From a virus, in the IMG/VR virus record IMGVR_UViG_3300032676_001346, positions 1 through 36,725 of that record: a stretch of 36,725 bases of DNA; one strand, 5' to 3'. Shown piece by piece: positions 1-7,074 of this stretch; the stretch's first letter is position 1; each line of letters begins with the position of its first letter. The translations under genes were made by a program, and so were the position numbers. The notes under the pieces are model-generated. The model searched no databases and was not told the origin of the DNA. It saw only the letters and a program-made list of their open reading frames with translations.

Positions 1-409
1 GGGGCACCAGGCGATCCCCGAACCGCTGGCAAAGGTTCGTAAACCGCTCCGCAAAGAACGGGGTCACAAGGAAGCCGTTGGTCGAGGCCGACAGGATGCC
101 GGAATTGGCCACGCCGTTGTCGAGGGACGGCCCGCCAGGCGTCACAATGGGCGGGGCGATGGTGCAGCCCACCAGAGCGCACAGGAGCGCCAGGGAGGCG
201 CACAGGACGCGCAGCGCGGCCAAAGCGGACGTGTTCCCAGCCTCGGCGGCGTCCACCAGGGCGAGCACGGCATCCTTGTGGGTCTGGAGTTGTCGCGCCT
301 GCTTGGCCTGGACCTGGGCGGGGGTGTTTTCCTCGGCCTGCAGCTGGAGGCCCACCTTGAGCGCGTCGTCAGCCAGGGAGACTGCGGCGGTGGCAATGTC
401 AGCGGCCAT
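1..409 (-). CDS. membrane-anchored / lipobox-containing protein, 3' end cut by window edge
   Basis: Not in the ORF track (no stop in window). Manual minus-strand translation from ATG 409: MAADIATAAVSLADDALKVGLQLQAEENTPAQVQAKQARQLQTHKDAVLALVDAAEAGNTSALAALRVLCASLALLCALVGCTIAPPIVTPGGPSLDNGVANSG... The hydrophobic stretch ends in a lipobox-like LVGC. An in-frame TTG at 223 would give a textbook lipoprotein signal MAALRVLCASLALLCALVGC. The start overlaps the upstream gene stop (399-401) by 11 nt. Confidence 0.45.
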   Translation of the reverse strand, partial: MAADIATAAVSLADDALKVGLQLQAEENTPAQVQAKQARQLQTHKDAVLALVDAAEAGNTSALAALRVLCASLALLCALVGCTIAPPIVTPGGPSLDNGVANSGILSASTNGFLVTPFFAERFTNLCQRFGDRLVP

Positions 410-992
410 AACCGGAAATGTTCGTGAGACCAATACTTCCTCCGTCTCCGATATAACCGATATGGTTGGCAAGCGCATACCGTTCAATCTCGACACCCCA
501 ATTCATCGCATGGGGCGAATTCGATCCCGCCAGCCCCGCCGTGATGCCGCTGTAGAGTGCGCGAGCGATTGCCAGAGAGATTTGCCCGGCGCCCCCCGCC
601 CCATACTTGGCGAGAAGCTGTTGCTCGAGCGCGGACGCCATGCCGATCAAGGGGGCGACTTCCTGCCCTAAGGTCGGATTGCTGGACGCCCCGATGAGTT
701 GCAACGCCTGGGCCGTGGTCGTGGCGTTGGCGCCGTTGAGCACGCCCCCCAGCGCCACTTGGACGTTTTGGAGGATGGGGACCACGGTCGGATCTTTCTG
801 GACAGCGACCGAGGTTCCGATAGCGGCGGCGCTCTGGATGATCGCGCAATCCAGCGCGAGGTTGTTGGTGTTGACGATGGTCGCTCCGGTAGCGGTTTTG
901 CTCGTCATGCAGCCAGCCGGCAGGGCGAGCAATGCGCCAACGAGGGCGCCGAAGGCCACGAGCGCGAGTGCGTTCTTGAGATATTCTTTCAT
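399..992 (-). CDS. predicted lipoprotein (197 aa), function unknown
   Basis: ATG start. The N-terminus MKEYLKNALALVAFGALVGALLALPAGC has a basic n-region, a hydrophobic core and lipobox LPAGC. The mature part is Ala/Gly/Thr-rich. Tightly packed with same-strand neighbours. Confidence 0.6.
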   Translation of the reverse strand: MKEYLKNALALVAFGALVGALLALPAGCMTSKTATGATIVNTNNLALDCAIIQSAAAIGTSVAVQKDPTVVPILQNVQVALGGVLNGANATTTAQALQLIGASSNPTLGQEVAPLIGMASALEQQLLAKYGAGGAGQISLAIARALYSGITAGLAGSNSPHAMNWGVEIERYALANHIGYIGDGGSIGLTNISGYGR

Positions 993-1022
993 AATCCGAT
1001 AGATGTTGAGGTTGAAGTTGCC

Positions 1023-1307
1023 CTACAGCGATCCCATCGGGGGATGTCCGACATCCTTAACCTCCCCGTCACTATCGGATTCAGCGGGGGTGAAGTCCAC
1101 GAAGTACTCCTTGCCCTGTTTGAAAACGGCGGTGGCGGCGGGGTTAGTGCAGTAGAACATGATAGTTCCACCGGGACTTGAGGCGAAGAACGCCTTGTTT
1201 TCCTCGCTGCCGGTATAGACCGGGGAGAGCGAAATGAGGGATGCCCCGCCCGTTTGGGCGTCCGGCTGAACGAAGTTGCAAGCGAATTTTGCGCGTGTGG
1301 TTGGCAT
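1023..1307 (-). CDS. small hypothetical protein (94 aa)
   Basis: ATG start, ordinary globular composition (KFACNFVQ...SLSPVYTGSEENKAFFASSPGGTIMFYCTNP...KEYFVDFTPA), co-oriented in the operon. No family recognised with confidence. Confidence 0.55.
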   Translation of the reverse strand: MPTTRAKFACNFVQPDAQTGGASLISLSPVYTGSEENKAFFASSPGGTIMFYCTNPAATAVFKQGKEYFVDFTPAESDSDGEVKDVGHPPMGSL

Positions 1308-1364
1308 AATTATCCGAGAGATGCCGGCGGGTTGGTTGGTTCCCCGGTGCCGGCGGCCGGGAAA

Positions 1365-1751
1365 TCACTTGGCGAGCGGCGCGGGGGCCGAAGACGGCGG
1401 GGCGGCGGGCACAATCGGCGCGGGCGGGGGCGGCGGGGCCAGTGGCGCCGGGGCAACCGGAGGAGGCGGGGCGACGATGGCCGCATGGTCTCCCGTAAGC
1501 AAAGCGCCTCGCGTGGCCTGGGCGTAGTCGGCCACGGTCTGGACATTGCCCGTCACGGCGGTGCTGGTGTTGGTGCCCTGGAGCACCCCCGAGATCATGC
1601 CGGCCCCAGTCTGGAAGGCGTGCCAGGCCCGCCCGAGGATCATGGCGAGCATTACGATGGCGGTGCCATAGGCCGTAATTTGGGCGGCGATTTGGGTGGG
1701 GTCAACCTTGGCGGCTGCCTGGGTTGCGGACGTTAAGATATTGGTATCCAT
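1365..1751 (-). CDS. single-pass membrane protein with C-terminal polyproline-rich tail (128 aa)
   Basis: ATG start. One hydrophobic helix (ITAYGTAIVMLAMILGRAW) is followed by a Thr/Gly-rich segment and APPPPVAPAPLAPPPPPAPIVPAAPPSSAPAPLAK. Only a 9-nt gap to the upstream gene. Confidence 0.6.
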   Translation of the reverse strand: MDTNILTSATQAAAKVDPTQIAAQITAYGTAIVMLAMILGRAWHAFQTGAGMISGVLQGTNTSTAVTGNVQTVADYAQATRGALLTGDHAAIVAPPPPVAPAPLAPPPPPAPIVPAAPPSSAPAPLAK

Positions 1752-1760
1752 ACGACCGCA

Positions 1761-2204
1761 TTATACACCCGTGCCGGTGCGGGGGGCAACCTCAATCCCC
1801 CGCGCCGTCGCATCCGCCCCCCGAGGACGGGAGACGTGCGGGAACACCGCGGGGTGCCCATGGGCCGTCGTGACGTGGGTATCAAAGTGGATCTGGAGCT
1901 CACGGATCGCCATCGCGTCCGCCTCGAACTTGCGGTCCCCAATTTCCATGCGTTCGAGGATCTTCTCGATGCTCAACGTGAGGGCCTGCTGACCCTTGAT
2001 AATTCGGTTGGTCCACACGCCGCCGAAGAACAGGAGTGGGGAAACCGCACTGAGAATGGCGAAAAAGCTGTGCAGGTTGATCGTCCACTCGCCGCTGATT
2101 TGAGCGCCAGGCGTTAAAGCTTGCCCCAAGGACGCCCCCAGCGCGGACGCGGCGGCAATGAGAATGCCCACCACAGGAACAAGTTTTTTGGTAACGGGTT
2201 TCAT
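1761..2204 (-). CDS. two-TM membrane protein (147 aa), holin-like topology (speculative)
   Basis: ATG start. TM1 is VPVVGILIAAASALGASLG and TM2 is FFAILSAVSPLLFFGGVW, followed by a charged C-terminal domain. No sequence family recognised. Confidence 0.5.
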   Translation of the reverse strand: MKPVTKKLVPVVGILIAAASALGASLGQALTPGAQISGEWTINLHSFFAILSAVSPLLFFGGVWTNRIIKGQQALTLSIEKILERMEIGDRKFEADAMAIRELQIHFDTHVTTAHGHPAVFPHVSRPRGADATARGIEVAPRTGTGV

Positions 2205-2356
2205 TAGAATCCTGGAGTGGGCGCCAGCAGGCAGGCCGGGAGGATAGGGAGGTATTTCATGATTATTTCAGTTTGGTCGTGTCAATTAACGCGGCGGCCT
2301 GCTGGCACGCATACCCGGTCGGGTGAGTACCATCATTGCTGTAAATGGCGAGGATT

Positions 2357-2587
2357 TCATACGCATCCCGTGACGGCGAGCACGTTGTGGTAGGACGCCG
2401 CCTTGGGGCCAGGGCCAATCACGGGCGGAACCGTGGGCGTGACGGGTTGCGGCTGGCGGCCCGCGAGGGCCGCCGCGAGGAGGATGATGGTGAGGAGCTT
2501 CATGGTCACGCCGCGGCATTTCCGCCAGGCGACTTTGAAGGATATTACCCAAGCCCGGATTTCTGTTGGGATGTGTATTGTCGTCAT
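2357..2587 (-). CDS. small secreted/anchored peptide; start ambiguous (2587 or 2503)
   Basis: ATG 2587 overlaps the fibre-gene stop as ATGA. An internal ATG at 2503 gives MKLLTIILLAAALAG..., a clean signal peptide followed by a Pro-rich segment. Confidence 0.4.
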   Translation of the reverse strand: MTTIHIPTEIRAWVISFKVAWRKCRGVTMKLLTIILLAAALAGRQPQPVTPTVPPVIGPGPKAASYHNVLAVTGCV

Positions 2588-5500
2588 GGCATTATCCAGA
2601 ACGTGGCGTAGCCCGATCCATTGGTGGCTTGAATAAAAACCCCATCATCCCCAACCACCAAGCTTTGGAGGTTCACGTTGTAGTTTTCAGCCGGGACAAC
2701 CGTCCGACCTGACAGATGTTTCGGAAGTGCGACAGGCCCGGTGTAATTCGTTTGAATGTCAATGGCCGCGTAGTAATTCGCCCCGCAATTCCACCATGCG
2801 GCCACCCCCAGACAGTTAGAGACGCTGTAGGGGTTCAAGGGCGCCCGCAGCCCGACCACGTCCCACACCTCCCCCGGGGACACAACGCCAGAAGGGTAGT
2901 TAGTTGAACTTGTCGAGAGCGCATATGGATACATCTTCTCGCTCGAATAAACGTCTGCCGCCTGACTCGTGCGCCCAGCCCGGTTTGTCGAAATGCCAAG
3001 GGCCAGCGGGGCGTAGCCAACCTCGTATCCGTAGGAGTTGGTGCCCGCCGCTGAGGCGTGGTTCATCTCCAAAACCCTGCTGGGAGGGGTTGAAAGTGAA
3101 AGATAATAGTTCGTTGTAATGTTCAAATCGGTATTGCTGATGGCATACCAGTTCGTAAACGCGGTAGTGCCTGGGACACACAGCGAAATGCCGCTGCTTG
3201 GAGTTCCCGAGGGCGATGGCGCGGCGGCTTGAACGAAGCCAGCATAGGCCAAGCTGGCCGACCTCATCCATTTGATCGTTTGGAACACGGTGCAAGCGCC
3301 GTTGTGAGTAAATCGGTATCGCAGCACGATTCTGGCCAGTTGGCCGATTGCTGGATTGTTCAATGCGCTTGGCGAGGCACTCCCGACGTTGGCTTGTAAA
3401 TAGGCGGCCACTGATGCGGGGTCAACGATGGTATAGCTATTGACGATGTCCACAAACTGACAAGGGTAGGCTCCGTCCGATGTAACGGGGTAGTTACCAT
3501 TGAGGTAAACAAGGACGTTGTCGTTACTAGCGCACGGCAGCATCTGCGTGCGTGCCGTGTCAGAGACAACGGTAATGGTGGTCGTGTGCGTCGCCCCCGA
3601 GACGTGCGTCAGGCTGCTACCGCTCATTGTGTGATTGGCCGTCCAGTTCGCGCCAGAGCCGCCGAAAGCCTGTAGCATCCAAACCGTGTTCACGTCTGGT
3701 ATGCTGATGAGTGTGTAATTGACAGCGCCATCCGTCCAGATGCTCCCCACGTCAACCGCCGTTTTTCCGTGGCCTGTCGCGGTCACAGCGTCAACATAAT
3801 TCGCCCCGTGATTCGCACCGATATAGGTCTGTGTGAGGTCAATGGGCGCGATGTCGTCCGGGTCGAATTTCAGCGCTCCATAGGATGCGCCGGGAACGCT
3901 CGAATCGGGAAGGCTGGCGGGCAAGAGGTATTCGGCAATCATGCCTACTGCCACATTGGCAACGCTGTTGTTCGCGGGCGTGAGGCTCAACTTTTGAATC
4001 CAATTGCTACCATTTCCCCACTGGCAGCGAGCGTAAGCGAATCCAGAGTTTTGGATATAGGTCATGTTACTGACTGCGGGGTTGTTCGTCAGCGGCCACA
4101 ACGTAGCGAGGTTCGTTCCTACTTGGTCAATCGCCCCTTGCACGTTGGGTGATACCAGCCCTGAGAGATTGGTTGAATACGGCATCCATAGTGCATTTGT
4201 CGGCGCAACGGCGAGTGCGGTTGAAAGGTTTGTTGCTGGGATGGAATAGTAGCCGTCCAACTCAAAACCGGGACAGCCATAATATTGAACCTCCGATTGG
4301 TCGTAGGCTCCGTTGTCGTTTGCGTGAGAGATTATGCCGCTTGGAACTATCACCCCGCCCTCTGCCCTACGTGGCCTACTGAGGTTCTCGGAGTCACTAA
4401 ACCAGATCGTTCCGTTGATGGTTGAGGCATTAGAGTTTGCGAAAACTACCCAAAGCATGTTGTTACTTATGACGGGAAGCGATGGCAACGCGAGGTTTGT
4501 CAGCCATCCTGTATGGCCATATCCCGACAGTGTCATTTTGTTCGAGTAGAGCGGGGTTGTCGTGAAAACGTTAGGCACTGAGGCCGCAGCGGTGGAAAAT
4601 AGCCAGAACATTGCATTGGTGTTTCCAGTGCTCGCAGAATTGTAAGGCACATAAACGCGAAGATTGGTGATGACGAAAGGATATTGATTCGTCATGAGTT
4701 GACTCAGCGCGAAACCATAGTGCCCGTTGAAATTGTGGTTGTTTCCTCCAAGCTCCGTATCTCCAGTTTTTGGAACCGTGGCAACATCTGGATACGGAAA
4801 CACTCCGGTCCACTGGTTGGTTAGGCTGTTAGCGTTCAGATTCGTCAGGCCCGAGCCGTTGCCGATTTGCGTTCCAATGTAGTTCGATGTGGACAGTCCA
4901 GCGGGCAAATTTGTTGCAGATAACAGTCCCCAAAAGTTGGTTGCGTTGATAGCATTGGTCGCGCTCGGGACATTGGTTAGGCCGGAGGCGTTGCCGGTGA
5001 AGGATTGTGCTACCATTGGGCCGGCGTTCGTCGTCGCCCCGTTCACGAAGCTGGAATAAATATTGGTGACACCATTGGTCCCCTGGGCCTTGTAGGTGCT
5101 CGCAAAGGTCTCAAAACCGTATGGCGAAGTGAACCAGTTGGTCAGTTGCAGTCCGTGCGTTCTGTCCCAGTAGAGAATCCGGTGAGACCCATCCGTGAAC
5201 ACGAAGCCGTTGCTCGCCACCAGCGAACCGTTGGTGACGGTTACGAGAGGACTCCCTACAGCGTCCGCAATCGTCAGGTTCCCGTTCGATCCAGTGAACA
5301 AATACATCCGCCCCAACACTGTGTTAATGCTGGGATTGGTCCAGTCGCCGTAATAAGGACCTGGGGGGAACGTCGGAACTGGCCATGTGTCAATCCCCAC
5401 CCTCCCAAGCAGACCGTGCAGCCCGGCTTCGTTGCCGGGAAAGAACTCCCACCCATTAGTGAACGGGATGAGCGTGGCGTTGTTGGTGCCCTGAATTGAG

Positions 5501-5703
5501 GACAGTCCCCAGAGCAGGTTTGGCCCGTCGAAGAACAGGTTTTGGCCAGTCCACGCATTCGTGCCGGCCAGGAGGTTCCCACTTGGAACGTTCGTCAGCC
5601 CAGAGCCGTCCCCCGCGAACCGACCGACGTAGAGGGTGCTACCGGCCGCGATGGAGAAAATCGCCAGCGCGACGCCGATTGGGAAAAAAAAGGATTTCTT
5701 CAT
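2584..5703 (-). CDS. tail-fibre-like protein (1039 aa) with N-terminal signal peptide / anchor
   Basis: ATG start. There are three copies of the G(D/N)(G/A)SGLTN(V/L) motif (FAGDGSGLTNVPSGNL, FTGNASGLTNVPSATNA, IGNGSGLTNLNANSL), which I know from 'tail fiber domain' proteins. Asn/Thr/Ser/Gly-rich beta-type composition. The N-terminus MKKSFFFPIGVALAIFSIAAGSTLYVG is hydrophobic. Confidence 0.7.
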   Translation of the reverse strand: MKKSFFFPIGVALAIFSIAAGSTLYVGRFAGDGSGLTNVPSGNLLAGTNAWTGQNLFFDGPNLLWGLSSIQGTNNATLIPFTNGWEFFPGNEAGLHGLLGRVGIDTWPVPTFPPGPYYGDWTNPSINTVLGRMYLFTGSNGNLTIADAVGSPLVTVTNGSLVASNGFVFTDGSHRILYWDRTHGLQLTNWFTSPYGFETFASTYKAQGTNGVTNIYSSFVNGATTNAGPMVAQSFTGNASGLTNVPSATNAINATNFWGLLSATNLPAGLSTSNYIGTQIGNGSGLTNLNANSLTNQWTGVFPYPDVATVPKTGDTELGGNNHNFNGHYGFALSQLMTNQYPFVITNLRVYVPYNSASTGNTNAMFWLFSTAAASVPNVFTTTPLYSNKMTLSGYGHTGWLTNLALPSLPVISNNMLWVVFANSNASTINGTIWFSDSENLSRPRRAEGGVIVPSGIISHANDNGAYDQSEVQYYGCPGFELDGYYSIPATNLSTALAVAPTNALWMPYSTNLSGLVSPNVQGAIDQVGTNLATLWPLTNNPAVSNMTYIQNSGFAYARCQWGNGSNWIQKLSLTPANNSVANVAVGMIAEYLLPASLPDSSVPGASYGALKFDPDDIAPIDLTQTYIGANHGANYVDAVTATGHGKTAVDVGSIWTDGAVNYTLISIPDVNTVWMLQAFGGSGANWTANHTMSGSSLTHVSGATHTTTITVVSDTARTQMLPCASNDNVLVYLNGNYPVTSDGAYPCQFVDIVNSYTIVDPASVAAYLQANVGSASPSALNNPAIGQLARIVLRYRFTHNGACTVFQTIKWMRSASLAYAGFVQAAAPSPSGTPSSGISLCVPGTTAFTNWYAISNTDLNITTNYYLSLSTPPSRVLEMNHASAAGTNSYGYEVGYAPLALGISTNRAGRTSQAADVYSSEKMYPYALSTSSTNYPSGVVSPGEVWDVVGLRAPLNPYSVSNCLGVAAWWNCGANYYAAIDIQTNYTGPVALPKHLSGRTVVPAENYNVNLQSLVVGDDGVFIQATNGSGYATFWIMP

Positions 5704-5739
5704 ATCATTCTGTAGTCCAAATTGTTGTATCTGACAAAA

Positions 5740-5970
5740 TTACTGCCAACCGTTGGTGGGGTCCCACCACCAGACCTCGCCCGAGTCCACGTCCTTGTAA
5801 ACCGCCGCCGTCACCAGCGGCGTGTAGGTCGGTGCCCCGTTCCCGCTGGCGACCTGAGTAAACGGAAGAAGTCCGGTTGGCGTAAGCTGCCCCACCCCAT
5901 ACCCGCCAAACGGGTTTCCGGGATTCGGTGCGTAGGCCCCCGTAGAATCGAGCGAAATCGTGTCGTTCAT
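5740..5970 (-). CDS. small hypothetical protein (76 aa), Gly/Pro/Trp-rich
   Basis: ATG start, lies just upstream of the fibre gene on the same strand, ends ...GEVWWWDPTNGWQ. No family recognised. Confidence 0.45.
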   Translation of the reverse strand: MNDTISLDSTGAYAPNPGNPFGGYGVGQLTPTGLLPFTQVASGNGAPTYTPLVTAAVYKDVDSGEVWWWDPTNGWQ

Positions 5971-5990
5971 ACGGGTACTAACGTACCCGT
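5971..5990 (-). promoter_or_regulatory. perfect 8-bp hairpin abutting the start codon of the 76-aa gene
   Basis: ACGGGTAC (5971-5978), loop taac, GTACCCGT (5983-5990). On the minus strand the stem ends at the base directly before ATG 5970. No U-tract follows it. Confidence 0.45.
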
Positions 5991-6017
5991 TTCCCGACCG
6001 CGTTTCAATATTGGCCT

Positions 6018-6746
6018 TTAGGGGGAATCCCCCCTAGATCCAGAAACCGGGAAGCTGCCCGATTGGGCAGTTGCCGGGGGGCCGATTGAGATGGATGCAC
6101 CGGCCCCCACGTTCACTTGCATCATTTGGGAAGGAATGGGCGGGGGCTTGTTCAGCGGGCGCCGGACGTTCGTTGAGGTTGCCGTGGCCGGGGAGACCTC
6201 CAATATCTGCCGGCTGATCTCGCTGAGTTCCCGCGTGAGCTTGGCGATCGTCATGGCGCACCCGGACAATTCCTCCGCCGTTAACGGGGTGTCCTGATAG
6301 TCAGCCGGGTATTTCATCCGGGAGATCCGCTTCCGGTGCCCGTGGTTGAGCATGTACCGCATGTCCGCGATGCTCCGCCGCACCGCCCGCTTGCTCTCGT
6401 CCAGTTGCAGGAGTTCAAGTCGGGCCATCGTCACCGAGTCGGGCGGTTCCTCCAGCACGGCGCGGATCTGCGTGATGTTCCATGAGCCGGGGACCATGCC
6501 CAACTGCCGGAGCTTGTGGGCTTCGATGTTCTGCGCCGGGGTGAGCGGGACGCTACGCGGTCGGGGTGGCGCCTGGGGGACTGCTGGCGATGGCGTGGCC
6601 GGCGGCGGCGTCTCCGCAGCCGTTTCGGTTCCATCCGTGACCGAGGAAAGAATCAACTCGGCCATCTCCGGCGTCATGTCGTTCGTCGATCCAGCATCGC
6701 TTGGCGGTGAATCGGGCGGCGACACGCTGGTAGCAATAGCAGCCAT
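6018..6746 (-). CDS. hypothetical protein (242 aa if ATG 6746; about 160 aa if ATG 6500)
   Basis: GC-rich third positions from ATG 6746. The N-terminal third is low-complexity and Pro/Ser/Thr-rich. The globular-looking part begins near MVPGSWNITQIRAVLEE. The first ~190 nt overlap ORF 6553-7074 in another frame, so the start is unresolved. Confidence 0.5.
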   Translation of the reverse strand: MAAIATSVSPPDSPPSDAGSTNDMTPEMAELILSSVTDGTETAAETPPPATPSPAVPQAPPRPRSVPLTPAQNIEAHKLRQLGMVPGSWNITQIRAVLEEPPDSVTMARLELLQLDESKRAVRRSIADMRYMLNHGHRKRISRMKYPADYQDTPLTAEELSGCAMTIAKLTRELSEISRQILEVSPATATSTNVRRPLNKPPPIPSQMMQVNVGAGASISIGPPATAQSGSFPVSGSRGDSP

Positions 6747-7074
6747 ACTCCACCATACCCTTTCTCAAGGGGCTGCCGCAAGTGCCTAATTGGGCAGCAA
6801 AGAACGGGCAGGCCGCGCAGCATTTCAGGCGTGCTTGGTACACTTCCTCCGGGACGTGCTCTCCCCGGTTCTTGGCGATCCTGAACCAAACCCGCACCGC
6901 GCCAGCCAGGCGCGAGACCGATTCCGTCAACGGCTGATCGTTGAACAGGCCGAAGAAACCGGCGATGAACAGGGCACGGGCCAGCCCCCAACGCTCAGAA
7001 CCCGATAGAGACCAAGTTGTTTCTTTTCCGTCGCTCACGTCGAACCTCCTGGACCACGGCCTTGTGCATTTCAT
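6553..7074 (-). CDS. Cys-rich small membrane protein; both ends uncertain
   Basis: TM helix WGLARALFIAGFFGLF, then RLKCCAACPFFAAQLGTCGSPLRKGMVEYGCYCYQRVAARFTAKRCW (CxxCP...C...GCxC...C pattern, as in small phage/bacterial Cys-rich proteins). The ATG at 7074 overlaps terL by 80 nt. The C-terminal ~45 aa look like non-coding-frame sequence and overlap the next ORF. Confidence 0.4.
   Translation of the reverse strand: MKCTRPWSRRFDVSDGKETTWSLSGSERWGLARALFIAGFFGLFNDQPLTESVSRLAGAVRVWFRIAKNRGEHVPEEVYQARLKCCAACPFFAAQLGTCGSPLRKGMVEYGCYCYQRVAARFTAKRCWIDERHDAGDGRVDSFLGHGWNRNGCGDAAAGHAIASSPPGATPTA

Noticed and set aside
78-671. 197-aa plus-strand ORF (TTG start) and the 142-396 minus ORF at the left edge
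   Set aside because: They overlap the lipoprotein gene and the manually found 1-409 gene. Both are Arg/Pro/Ala-rich and have no plausible context.
1308-1364. Imperfect GCCGGC...GCCGGC hairpin between the 128-aa and 94-aa genes, considered as a terminator
   Set aside because: The stem is interrupted, no U-tract follows on the minus strand, and GCCGGC palindromes are common in GC-rich DNA.
2261-2290. Sigma70-like TTGACA box on the minus strand upstream of the 18-codon micro-ORF
   Set aside because: The best -10-like element (ATAAT) is only ~13 nt from the TTGACA, where the optimum is 17. The transcript would start at or inside the micro-ORF, and the host promoter consensus is unknown.
2584-3000. 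Diversity-generating retroelement targeting the fibre C-terminus
   Set aside because: There is no reverse transcriptase gene in the window, and no template/variable repeat pair was detectable by eye near the fibre 3' end.
2584-5703. Possible enrichment of N-x-S/T glycosylation sequons in the fibre protein as a link to the GT operon
   Set aside because: I counted 20 sequons (x not Pro) in 1039 aa. With Asn near 9% and Ser+Thr near 20% by eye, that is about what chance predicts, so it is no evidence for N-glycosylation.
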